Of a stretch of DNA of 64,000 nucleotides, positions 1 to 12,900 are shown piece after piece. The position numbers and the translations under genes are program-made. The notes below the pieces were generated by a model. It was not told where the DNA came from. It ran no database searches and saw only the letters and a program-made list of their open reading frames with translations. The stretch's first letter is position 1; each line of letters opens with the position of its first letter. Source of the DNA: Paraspadella gotoi (taxonomy: Eukaryota; Animalia; Chaetognatha); the NCBI GenBank assembly GCA_051294375.1, contig CM119268.1, positions 8,914,806 through 8,978,805 on the forward strand. Direction: 5' to 3'.

Positions 1-305
1 TTTCCATTAGTAGTGGGGAATTACAAAAGTTCACCACGCCTATAAGCATGACATTTTCGGTCGTGAACCGGTGGCTCTTTGGATGATACCATCAGGTACC
101 GGAATCAATTCCCAATGGTACCTACCCTGTCTGAAGCGTGAGGACGGCCGTGCTCCGCCTTTGGGTCTTAAAAAACCCTCTTGCCTCAATTACTGAAGAA
201 ATCAAAGGGATAGGCGCCCTGCTGATTCACACACTATAAAGGCGTCTCACCCACCCAGCAGTAAAAACGGAATCCCTCCTCACTTGGCTTCACAGTTCGA
301 CTCAC

Positions 306-457
306 GGGTGAGAGCGTGAAAGGCTCTGGCGACGAAGACCTCGCGGATGGAGGGGCGAAGTCCGGACGGCGGAGGATCGAAGACGGCGTCGTCGCACCAA
401 CTCTGGACGGTGATGTCGTTGTCGTCGCGTCCGCGGAGTGGAACGGGCACGCCGAAC
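306..457 (-). CDS. Exon: FGVPVPLRGRDDNDITVQSWCDDAVFDPPPSGLRPSIREVFVARAFHALT
   Basis: cccttag acceptor, C|gtgagt donor, 152 nt; the gene probably continues beyond the window start. Confidence 0.8.
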
Positions 458-890
458 CTAAGGGCGTGGGGGAAGAAAAAGAATTATTCGTTAAATCAAT
501 CAATCAGTTAATTAATTTATTGATCAATCACAATTGCTTCGCGAGGTTCCTTTTCGATCTCACACTGGCAGAATCATTTTCGACAAGATCGATTAAAAAT
601 AAAATAATATAAAATAATAAAATAAAATATATATATAATAAAATAATCAAACGGTCAGTCACTATTTGGTGGTAATAATGGATTGAAGAAGATATAACAA
701 TAATAATAGCAAAATCAACAAATCGGCAGTATAAATATAAAATAATATCAAGGGGAAATTCGGACAATTTGAGGGAAAAAAGTTGATTTCGTTCGAGTGG
801 AGTAATCGTCGGTGATGGGGCCGAGATGAGGAAATGACCAAGAGAAATGAATAAGTCTAAACTCAGTCACAAGACCAGAAACAAGAAGTA

Positions 891-921
<31 letters not shown>

Positions 922-3900
922 AACAAAATCTATTTTTAAATCAAACAATCAATCAGCTTATCAATGTCACATCAATTAATCAAAAAAAAAACAATCAATA
1001 AATAAAATGAGAGACCTGTAAAACATTCTGCTCTTTGACGCCCCATATGCTTCGAAGCAAATGAATCGAGACCGACAACCGTTCTTCGCCGTCCAACGAA
1101 CGACGTATCTGGAAAGAAAGAGAGAGGGAGAGCGAGAGAGTCAATGGGTAAATGCCTTAGACATAGAAGTTAATTTGACCATCTTTATTGATCTTCTCAC
1201 CGTTCGGACTTGTGATGAATCTTCTTTGAGGCTGGAGTGTCGGAAGTCTTGTCCTTGAAGCACATGAAGTAGTCTCCAGTAGCCTGTCGATTAAAGTTTC
1301 CGTTCTCCCTAAGATTGGTTTCTCTTACTCTCTCTCCTCGTCTCGTCTTCTCTCTCTCTCTCCTCTCTCGTCTCTCTCTCTCACTCTCTTCTCTCTCTCT
1401 CTCTCCTCTCTCTCCTCTCCTCACTCGTCTCATCTGCCTCTCACGAACCCTCTCTACCCACACCACCGCTAGGTGATGGGCTTGGCATGATGGCACCGCG
1501 TGGGCTCACCCGGTGCTCGGGCGAATTTTTCCCTCGGACCGAGTTCCTCAATTGCCCACCAAAAGCGCGAGTCAAAGGTGCCCACTCTGACGCACGTCTC
1601 GAAACGTACTGCCACAAGTTGAATGCGCCGCAAGTGGTTCTGATTGATGCGAGAAAGAAAAAAAAAAGTAACTATTTAAGATTCGATTTTCTCTTTCAAA
1701 TGGACCTTGTCTATATATTCAACCCATCCAAACTTCTAATGGGCAAAAATTGTCATAAAATCCAGCGCCATGTTATGTTTGCCGCTGTAAGGAATTTACC
1801 GTAGAGTTTGACTGCTAATAGGCTAAGACTTATTATAAAATCTAAAATAACGCCCAATCCTAACCCTAATTATTTAGACCACTGAAGAACCATAGCCCAT
1901 AACCATAATCCTTCGTAACTGTTCAGAGACTCACCCTGTGCCTCTCTGTGATGTTGGGCGCAAAGGTTTCTACCGTGTTGGGAACGATGACGGACGGCCG
2001 CACACTGGGTGGGACTCGTGCGAAGCAGTGAAGTTCCGCAGAGTCGAGCTACGAGAGCGAAGTCTCACTGGTGAAAGATGTGAGGGAAATGTGAGATTGA
2101 AGGCAATCGGAAGATGGCGGTTTGAAAAACATTGAATGGGAATTGAAGTGGGCGATGAATGAGTGAAAGTTAATGATGATTTGAACGAATGCGTGGTCAC
2201 GGTCAAAGCAAAAAAATGAAAAAGATCGTCTCGCGACGAGAGTAAATCATCTCACAGCATGGCAATATCCGCTTCGGGATAGATGGGATAGATTTTCAAT
2301 GATACAGAAAAACGTTTCACGTACTGAAAGTGATAATCCTACTGCACCAGACTATTCATTGGACCAGACGACGTCCTACTTCCGTTCGATACTGGAATCT
2401 CTGAGATTTGAAAAAATGTGAATTCCGTCCCTTCGTCGCGCGCCGGAGGCAGCGTTTCTGGGACCTTCCGCTGAAAAGGGCGGCATTATATCACATACTG
2501 TAATGTAAAATATTAATTATATATCTAACAAATAATCGTATTAACTTTAAGAATGAGAATGAGAAATTAAATTATTAAGCTTTATGTAATAATAAACTAA
2601 AGAAAAATGACGGATATGTCAAAGAGATAAAATTGAAGCTGATTTCACCCAAGATGACGTGTATCGAAATCATGATTCGCACGCCTCGATGGACTTCAGT
2701 AAGGAGGATCGGATAGAGATAATTTTCCCACTCGATGGAACCAAACGACAACTCAATCAGGGAACCTGGTCATACGGAAAATCAAAAATATGGGTAAATA
2801 ACTATTTTAACGTGCGTTACTCACCAAATAGCACAAACATTTTACCATCAATCAAAGTCAATTTAATATATTGAACGAATTATGTATTATGAAAAGTCCT
2901 CTTATTCAAAATATTAATTAAATTAGTTGAATTATATTTTGAATAGGGCCCAATTAACAAAAAACAATAACAATAATTCAAAAGTGCGTCGAGAACTCAA
3001 TTAAAATAATTCACCCAAAAGANNNNNNNNNNNNNNNNNNNNNNNNNCCACCGCTATGGTGATGTCTTGCATTGTGATGGTCACCCCGCTCGCGATTTTC
3101 CCCGACGAGTTCCTCATTGCCCAATCACCCACAAGCGTCGAGTCAAAGTTGCACTCTGANNNNNNNNNNATGCAATATCGTATAATCTTATGAGAATGTG
3201 GAAACTTATTACTTATTTTTTTTTAATTAAATTATTAAGCTTTTATGGTAAATAAAATTAAACTAAAGAAAAATGACGGATTAAGTGACAAAGAGATAAA
3301 ATTGAAGGTCGTGATTCACCAAGATGTGAATGTTGTAGTCGAAATTCATGAGTTCGCTCGCCTCGACGTTCATAATGAGGATCGAGTAGAGATAATTTCC
3401 CTCGATGAACCAACCAATGCAGTGGAACCTGGTCACTAGCGGAATCAAGAATATGAGTCTAAATAACTATTTTTAAGGCGTTAACCACCAATTATGCACA
3501 AAGCATTTTACCATCAATCAAAGTCAATTTATATTTATTGAACGAATATGTATTATAAAAGGTTCCTCTTATTAAAATATCTAAATTAATTTAGTTTGAA
3601 TTATTATTTTGAATAGTCCCAAATTAACAAAAAAACAATAACAATAATTCAAAAAGGCGATCGAGAACTCAATTTAAAATAATTAGTTCACCCAAAGATA
3701 AAAACTTATGAAATTTATCCCAACTACTGCGATATGCAAATGAGATTGAAAGGCTCAATCTCATTTAAATACTCGAATGGTCGCTGAAATCGTACCCGAG
3801 CTCCAGTCGGTCCACTTGGGAATGCAGGGCAGAGACGAGATTGAACGTGAGGAAGAGGAGTGGAAGAATAGTATCGACGATGAGCCCGATCGCAAGCCAG

Positions 3901-5653
3901 ACGAAGAATATGCCGAAAAGAAGAGATGAGGGCCGAGACGTGGGAATGATGAGAGACGCCGGAAGTGCGTGTGCTGTTAAAACAAATGTTGACACCTGCC
4001 TCGCGATGTTGCGCTCGTGGTAACGCTTTAGTGTCCTCGGAAGAGATGGAAAGTATGCTCTGTGTGGTCCACAGACGAAATACCATCCTGATCGAATATA
4101 AATGCCCTCCACTTATGTGACATAAATTATCGCGAAAAGAGTTCGCCCTTGCCATCCCAACACTAGTATATATCGTATCTCCACCTCCTCTGAATCCGGC
4201 ATTCCAAATCTCTCTCCGATTCACTAAAATCCCGTCATTAACTCTGTGGTTAATATACTGTGATCATAAAGCATCATAGATCTCGGTCTCTCGACATACT
4301 CTCTCTAGCCTATCACGCAGAGATTCAAGAAAACTGTAAGTTCCATAACGAATTACTACTTCAGTGTAGTTAGACATATATTTCCCTCGTGACAGCGAGC
4401 GTACCGTCATTATTTGACGGAGAGCGTGAAACGTCACGACAGTATCGAGCGCTTGGAAATGTCTCGAAGAGGTCATCGAATAAGAAAAACGTGAATAAAG
4501 TCACCTCAGATGCACTCATGGTTTCGTGCACGCCAAAAGCAAAACGAACACATGAAATCCTATTTCTCGAAATATAAATCATCAGTTTAAAGAGTTAATC
4601 AAACCCTATCACTCTCTCGGCTCCTGTGTTTATATGTTGGTCAATATGTGTAATCCTACTCAGCACTGATCTAGAGTTATTTATTCATCGCTCATTAAAA
4701 AATTTAAATTTTTAAAGCTTTCAGACGTCGACATTCACGATATACTGAAGATACACAAGTATACAAGAACAAAAAGAAAGGGAAAAAAAATTCTGTTTAT
4801 CTCGGATAAAGTTTTGTCGCTCTCGCAACGAAAATATGGTGACCAATCATCACATGACTTCGGCTCGTATTAAACCACTCTCCGTATATGGATATCCGCG
4901 ATTATCTCAGAAATAAGAACGAACTCGCGTCTAAATATATTCGAAAAGAACTGAGGTGTAAGTTAAAACTGCCTATGCAATGTTCTAGTCTGTCTACTTA
5001 GATGGCAAGTGAGGGGGAGTATAATGGGGGGTATGAGTACGACGGGCAACAGATGGTGTGCCCCCGATGTGATAGTTGTGAGAATTGGGATGTGGAGATA
5101 TTTGGGTTTTTTTCCAAAAAAAGAAGAGGGGAAGGGAGAAAGAGAAGACATGGTTGTGTGAGTTGTTGTAAGAAAACACTTATCTCTAGATTCGCAGGAA
5201 GCTATAGGAGAAAGAAAAATGTGTTGAAAAAAAATGGCAGAAAAATAAGAAGAAAGTAAAGAGAGAATCCTTGGTTTAGGTGAGAAATAAAAAAAGAAAA
5301 GGTTAAGCTTGGAGAAAAAGTAGACGAAGGGGCAAAGAGGGGAAAGCAAGAAAAAAAGAAAGAACGAAAAGAAAGAAAGATGCCAATGATGATGAGAAAA
5401 AATAAAAGAAAAACAAAGCTGCGAAGCTGGAAGAAACCATTAAATGAGGAAGCCACACAGCGGGAGATGGCGGTGGGGGGAGGGGAATTGGAAGAAGATT
5501 TTAAGAGCAGAGGAAAATCAGGAAAATCCATAAATTACAAAGGATGCCGCGATTTCATAGCCTCAACTGTATACGACTTTTTCATTTCCCGCGCGAGTTT
5601 TAAATCCTTATTGTCCAACCACAATGAAAGTTTTAACGAGATCGTAAACGCAA

Positions 5654-5718
<65 letters not shown>

Positions 5719-8396
5719 ATAAAACTTTTGTCTTTCCGCTGTTTTTTATTGTGACCATAGCAACTTCCGCGTAACCGCGATAGACGAGTGGATGTGATAA
5801 ATTGCCGATAAAAAAAACCCATTAAACGTCATGAATTTTAGTTTATAATTGATACTACGTAAACTGTAAACTCATGAATAAACGTTAAAAAATTTAATAA
5901 TTTTTTAAGGAAAAAATATTCCTCTTGTAAAGCGACGCATTAGGCATAAATAAACAAATCCCGGAGTTATTATCTCAGTACTACTCTATACTAAAATACT
6001 AATTTAAACCTAAAAAACCCAACGGAAAACAACCGCAAAAAAGATGTCGACCTCCACCCATCGATTAAATTTTGGAATCGCTGCTACTTGTTTCTTTTTT
6101 TGTTCGATGCTGACGAAAGCGTCGCAGATGTCGCGTCGGCGACGGAACGGGAGACGGAGGCCGGCGGCGGCGGGCGCGGAGACCAGCGGCGACGACGACG
6201 AGGAGAAAGACGCCATGCACGTTTCCTTCTCTTCATGCCAAAACACCCCCGAGCAGTTTTTGCTTTTATTCGTCTCGGTTCATAAACTCTAATTACATTG
6301 TAGACAAATTTCTCAACGGTTTTCACTTTGCTTGGCATTTTTATAATACATATATTCGCATAAAAAGAACATTGTCGTTTCCTTTGCCTCCTTCCTTTTT
6401 TTTTTTTTATTCATTATTTCATTTATCCCTCATATTTTTTTTCATATTTTTACTAAATCCCATTTCCTGACTCATTGCATTCCCTTTTTTTCCCCATGCT
6501 ACCATTTTTCCATTTTTCAATTCAGACCGTCTTCCCGAATTCTTTCAAGTTTTCCTATTTGGATAGTCTTCCCCTTTTCCCAGTTTCCCTGAAATCCAAC
6601 AATCTCGTATTTTCCCACCCAATCGGCGTGATCCTATTCCAAATTCCTCATTTTTTATTTCGTCTTCGGCCTAATCACAATTTCCCCATTTTTTCCGATT
6701 GGACGGATCATCACCCAATCCCATCATTTTCCCCATCCGATTCGTCTTCCCATCTCCCAGTCCTCATTTCACAGTCCGATTGATCTTTCCCATCTCCCCA
6801 GTTCTCATTTCGCATCGATTCGTTCTTTCCCATCTTCCACAGTTCCTCATATTTCCCCATCCGCATTCGTCTTTTCCATTTCCCAATCCCTCAATTTCAC
6901 ATCCGATTTCGTCTTTTTCCCATCTCCCCAATTCCTCATTTCCCATCCGATTCGTCTTTCCCATCTCCCCAATCCTCATTGTTCCCATCCGATTCGTCTT
7001 TCCCATCTCCCCATCTTTCTACCGAACGTATTTCCCATCACCCCTTTTTCCCAGAGTCAATGGCGACGAACTTCTCGTCGATCCCTTGGGAGAAATCGCG
7101 CCTTCGAGGCAGACGGAGAACCAAGAGCAACGCATTCCGCACCGACTTACATCCACTTGCGGATTCAAGGTGTGAAAATTTGCTGCGTCTAAGTTGACTC
7201 TTAACGGCATCAAATTTGGGGCATCGTGACAAAGCACTCGTTTAGTCGGTCATTGTTAATGCGTTCTTCTTAAATCTTTAATAATATCAAAGTAAACTTA
7301 AATTGATCGAAAGAGAAACTCGAAAACTGAAGACCACAGCCCAAGAAACACAACAAATACCCACAAGCTCACTTGAAAAATCTAGTTGTAGTATCAGGCA
7401 TCATATCATGGTACAAATATACACGTAAATTCCACAAAAAAATATATTACATTGATTACATTGATTCATAAATTTCAAATATTCTCTAATCTCTAATCAC
7501 AACGATTCCTTCGCTGAAAATCTTAATTAGATTAACTTAACGCTGACACTTCTGATCTGCCCTCGTTGCCTCTTTTGTTACAGGGAGGAACGATCTTTCC
7601 TACTCCAAAGGAAACGTTTGTCGCTCGCCCCAGGGGCGGGGGGCGGGGGGGGGGTAGCGTGGCGCCCGAAAACCCGATGAACAGGACCTGCCATTAAGGT
7701 AAATCACTGAACAAAGCAAACGCAATGTGTAATTAACAACTTATTCACCCCTCGACTCTCCCCGGCGGCAAGTTTAATGGCCTAACGTTAATCGAGAATT
7801 GTATTGGCAACACTGAATTGAGTCTCAACTCTCAAGAGTCTATGAGGAACAAGTTTGAGCAAACCAATGTCGGATCTGCCTACGATAATTAATTAATTAA
7901 TGATTAATTAATTAATTTAATAGATTAATTTAATTAATAGATTAATTATAATTATTTAATTAATAGATTAATTATAATTTATATTCAGCTTGTTCACATC
8001 GATATCCTTAAAATGAGTCAGGAAAGTTATTAAAATGTTTTGTTTACATTTTATCAAAACAAACAATATTCCTCTATTATCGAGCCAGGCGGGCAAAGCC
8101 CGTCCTGTCTAGATTTTTTTTTCGGTTTAGCCTTTCGGTCTCGCTTTTTTGCAAATCATGAGCTTCTGAAAGTGTGATATCATAGGGAGTGGATTTTCAT
8201 GTATGGTTCTAATCATCTAAGGATCTTAAAATTCTCTGTTTCATATCAATATTTTGGTATTTGTTTATGTTTTTATTTAAAAACAAAAACGTTTAATTAT
8301 ATGTCGCTCTCTCTCTCTCTTCTTTTTCTCCGTCACTGCTTCTTCTAAAAACGAGTTCCGGCTCTGCAGCGTTTCTGTCAGCTTCTTTCTCTCTCT

Positions 8397-8442
<46 letters not shown>

Positions 8443-9960
8443 TTTTTTTTTACAAAATTTTTTAGATATAATGTGGTTCACTAATGTAAAAAAAACGATG
8501 CCGCGAACAGGGCGCGAACCCGGCGTCCTTTGGGTAGAGAATAGCTCACGCTACGTGCGGCGACCATAAGTACTGCTGATTCTTTTAACGAGTTAAGGGG
8601 CTGTAGAGCTTCTCTCTCTCTCTCTTTTAATTATTATATATCGCTCTTTTCTCTTTCTCTTTTTCTCTCAGGCGGCATGTCTCTCTCTGTCCTCTTTTTC
8701 TCTCCTCTCTCTGTCTCTCTGTCTCTCTGGTGTGTGTCTGTCCCTATCTGTCCGAATCTTTTTGCTGTGATCGGTTTGTTTTTTTGAAAAATTCTGATTA
8801 TTTTTTCCTTTCTAAAACTTTTAATTATTGCCATTTATTCCGCGCTTTTTTTCAATACAAAATCCATAAATTTTTCATCGAATTTTCGTGGATTTATTCT
8901 CTTTTCTTTCTCTCNNNNNNNNNNNNNNNNNNNNNNNNNCGACGAAATAATGAAAAGGTCACTATGGGCTAACCAGCAAGAGCCTGTCCACCTGACTTAA
9001 GCCCCCTCCTGAAATTAGTTTTCTGTCTAACCGTAATTCCTCGTATTCTTGAAAACAAAATTTACGTATTGTTTTGACTTACTATCTAGAAAAAAAAAGT
9101 ATAGATCACATTTTTAATAAAGGATATCTACTCGAAAACTTGTTTGATTTTAAAAAATCAGAATGTTTCCAAATCTACATTAAATTTTTTTCAGTAGCCT
9201 CCATCCATTTTTTTGTAGGTCAAATCGTTTAGAAGTTAGAGGCAAAAAAATATTGTTACTTCAAATGAAAAATGTTGAAAAAAAATCATATTTAGTTTTC
9301 TACCATTTTTGGTAAAAAAATTTTAAAAACTTTTAAAGTTTTAAAAAACTTTAAAAATTTTTTTTAAAGTTAGTTATTTTTTTAATTTTTCTAAATTTGG
9401 TAATGCTAAAGGCTTTGCACCTCTTTTTGGTTCAAAAAAGTACTATTATAGATCGCAGAAAAGAGGGAAAGATGTGGGTCTAAAAAAATTATGTTAAAGA
9501 TGTTGAAAATATTTTACTGTCATACCTCAATTTGCTGTATGAGAGTATGCCTAGATGAATGTAGGCAGTAGTCATTACCGAGGAAGGGCATACCAAATAT
9601 TGAGAATGTTTTACCCGTGTTTTGTATACTTTTTATTGAATAAATGAATTATGTGATATACTTTTTTCCTAGATGGTAGTAAGTCACTATACCTTCATTC
9701 GTTCCCCACCACTTTTAATTCTCACATTAGAAAAGATTAATACTATATCTTCTAGTATTTGATGTTAATCTATTTGGCAACACCTGATCGTTGGCTCCGT
9801 CGTAGGCGACGAAGTTGTAGCCTCCTTTGTAGTGATTAGGACAGAGGCTTTTGTCGAAATCCATGACAGGAGGATGACCCGCCGCTACTCGGTCAACTGA
9901 TTGAGAAATGAATCAATTTAAGTTACTTTGAATTGATTGACTAGATCGATCAATCGATCG

Positions 9961-9998
<38 letters not shown>

Positions 9999-12900
9999 CA
10001 ATCAATTAATCAAAAGCTTTTTACGAATTATGGGCCACGGATCGAGTTCCATCATGTCGTCCTCGCAGTTTCTCGTATTTTCCGATAAAGTTTTCGGTGA
10101 AATGTACATGAGCGCGATCTGTGACAAAACCATCATTATTATTACTACTGTAGCGGTAGTATTTCATACCCTGCTACTCGCCCGAAAATCAGTAGCACCT
10201 ATGGCGACGGAGGTAGCACGAGCTCCTCACAACCCAAGGGACTCGTGTTCGCGCCCTGCTGATCTAAACAAGTAAATGTGGGACGGGCCGTCTAACCTAA
10301 TTGAACTATAGCCCGATCCGAAGTCCCGGACCTTGGGTGCAACATACGGTGAACTATTCGCGGCTTCGTCTTCCACCTTACCGTTATTATTATTTTTGGT
10401 ATTTTTATTATTGTTAAAAACATTTTAGACAAAACTTTCGGTCCTCGATGACTACCTAGACCCAAAAACTTTTACAATCCTGCCAGAGTTAAATTTTAAA
10501 GTTTAACTAAATACCTAAACTTAAAACTGAAAATTAGTATAAACCTAAAATGATCATGGAAGATAACTCAACGCATTACCCTTCCCTTACCCTTCATCTC
10601 TCGCCAACGACGACTCCTTTCGTCCCCTTACCTTTTCTCGGCTCGGACAGGCGCATCGTCGTCCCGTCTCACCTTCGCTCGACTTACCCTGTCCGCCTTC
10701 CATTTGAACTCGATGCAAGCGTAAACGGTGGCTTTCCCAGCGACTTCCTCCTTGATCATAAATCTTCCCGTTTTAACCTCTGGAGAAAAACAAAGACGAG
10801 TTGAGGGGGGGGAGGAAGATGAGAGGGAGGAGGAGGAGGAGGAGGAGGAGGAGGAGGAGCCGGAGGCGTCGTCAATCCGACTCTTCCCTTTTTTCCCACT
10901 AGATAAATTTCGCGATCTTTTTTTTTCCTGCTCTCGCAAGCGGCAGCGCGTCTCTCTAAGACGAGGTTTTTTTTGGGAGGTAAGGTCAGGGTCAGCTGGT
11001 GAGGCAGACACACACGTTGAGGTCGGTCGGTCGGTCGGTCTGTTTGCTGGCTGGTAGGTTGTTTGTCTTTTCAACTTGATTGTAGGTCAGGCGGTCAATT
11101 GGTCGTTTCATGGGTGATTCAATTGATTCATAAATCTTACAATACAGTTTTTTTCCCCGCATCATTGTCTTTTCCGGTGTTCGTTTCAAAAATGGGATTG
11201 ATCGCCACTTGAAGTAACGTGTAGAGGGATTTTTCAGCGTTAACGACTCCTTCCTTATTTATTATACTTAAACTTACTGGTATACATAGATAGTATTTTA
11301 ACACTTACATTGCTAGGCCGCGGGTATTAATTTAATAAAATATTGCTTACATAAAAAAAAACACTGTTTTTCCTCATAGTACTCCCTTGAGAGTTGAGAC
11401 TCATTAGTTGCCAATAAATCTCTCGATTAACGTTAGACATTAAACTTTGCCGCCGGGGAAGTCGAGGGGTTGATAAGTTGTTAATTCACACATTGCGTTT
11501 GTCTTTTGTTCCGTGATTTACCTTTAATGCAAGTCCTGTTCATCGGTTTCGGGCGCCACGCCTCGGGGCGAGCGACAAACGATCCTTTGGGAGTAGAAAA
11601 TATCTTTCCTCCCTGTAACAAAAGAGCAACGAGGGCAGATCAGAGTGTCAGCGTTAAGTTAACTAATTAAGATTTTCAGCAAGGAATCGTTGTGATATGA
11701 GATTAGAGGAATATTTTGAAATTTAATCAATCAATGTAATCAATGTAATATTTTTTTTTGAATTTACGTATATTTGTACCATGATATGATGCCCTGATAC
11801 TACAACTAGATTTTCAAGTGAGCTTTGGCTATTTGTTGTGTTTCTTGGCTGTGGTCTTCAGTATTATTTTACCGAGTTTCTCTTTCGATCATTTAAGTAC
11901 TTTGATATATTAAAAGATTTAAGAAGAAACCATAACAATGACCGAACTCAAACGAGTGCTTTGTCACGATGCCCCAAATTTGACTGCCGTTAGAGTCTAA
12001 CTTAGACGCAGCAAATTTCACACCTTGAATCGCAAGTGGATGTAGTCGGTGGCGGAATGCGTTTGCTCTTGGTTCTCCGTCTCCTCGAAGGCGCGATCTC
12101 CCAAGGGGATCGACGAGAAGTTCGTCGCCCATTGACTCTGGGAAAACGGGGTGATGGGAAATACGTTCGAGTAGAAAGATGGGGAGATGGAAAGACGAAT
12201 CGGATGGGAATGAGGGATTGGGAGATGGGAAAGACGAATCGGATGGAAATGAGGAACTGGGGAGATGGGAAAGACGAATCGGATGTGAAATGAGGGATTG
12301 GGGAAATGGAAAAGACGAATCGGATGGGGAAAATGAGAACTGGGAAGATGGAAAGACGAATCGAATGCGAAATGAGGAACTGGATGGAAAGACAATCGGA
12401 TGTGAAATGAGAACTGGGGAGATGGGAAAGACGATCGGATGGGAAATGATGGGATTGGTGATGATCCTCCAATCGGAAAAATGGGGAAATTGTGATACGA
12501 AGACGAAATATAAAAATGACAGGAATTGGAATAGATCACGACGATTGGGTGCGGAAAATACGAGATTGTGGATTCAGGGGAACTGGGAAAAGGGGAAGAC
12601 TATTCAAATAGGAAAACCTGAAAGAATCGGGAAGACGGTTGAATTGAAAAATGGGAAAAATGTAGCATGGGGAAAAAAATGGGAATGCAATGCAGTCAGG
12701 AAAATGGGATTTAGTAAAAATATGAAAAAAATATGAGGGATTAAATGAATAATGATAAAAAAAAAAAGAGGCAAGGAAACGACAATGTTCTTTTTATGCG
12801 AAATATATGTATTATAAAAATTCAAGCAAAGTGAAAACCGTTGAGAAGTTTGTCTACAATGTAATTATGAGTTTATGACCGAGACGAATAAAAGCAAAAA

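Larger units (their letters stand above)
2520..3690. repeat. Local tandem duplication across gaps (2520-3020 vs 3175-3695; 1458-1590 vs 3048-3159), probable assembly redundancy
   Basis: Collinear near-identical sequence differing mainly by indels, separated by short N runs. Confidence 0.85.

Noticed and set aside
3724-4224. ORFs 3724-4224 and 3765-4112 with a TM-like segment
   Set aside because: The region is an insertion-riddled inverted copy of about 14930-15150, including a decayed (CT)n tract
6044-7700. A separate plus-strand paralogous gene
   Set aside because: Exons and introns are a mirror copy of 11522-13032 with indels and no downstream exons in that orientation
8498-8578. Functional tRNA gene
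   Set aside because: Cloverleaf stems do not pair properly and the T-loop deviates; kept only as a SINE-like head
12002-12736. 150-185 aa ORFs in several frames
   Set aside because: Produced by the 41-bp minisatellite; only 12024-12137 is exon-like
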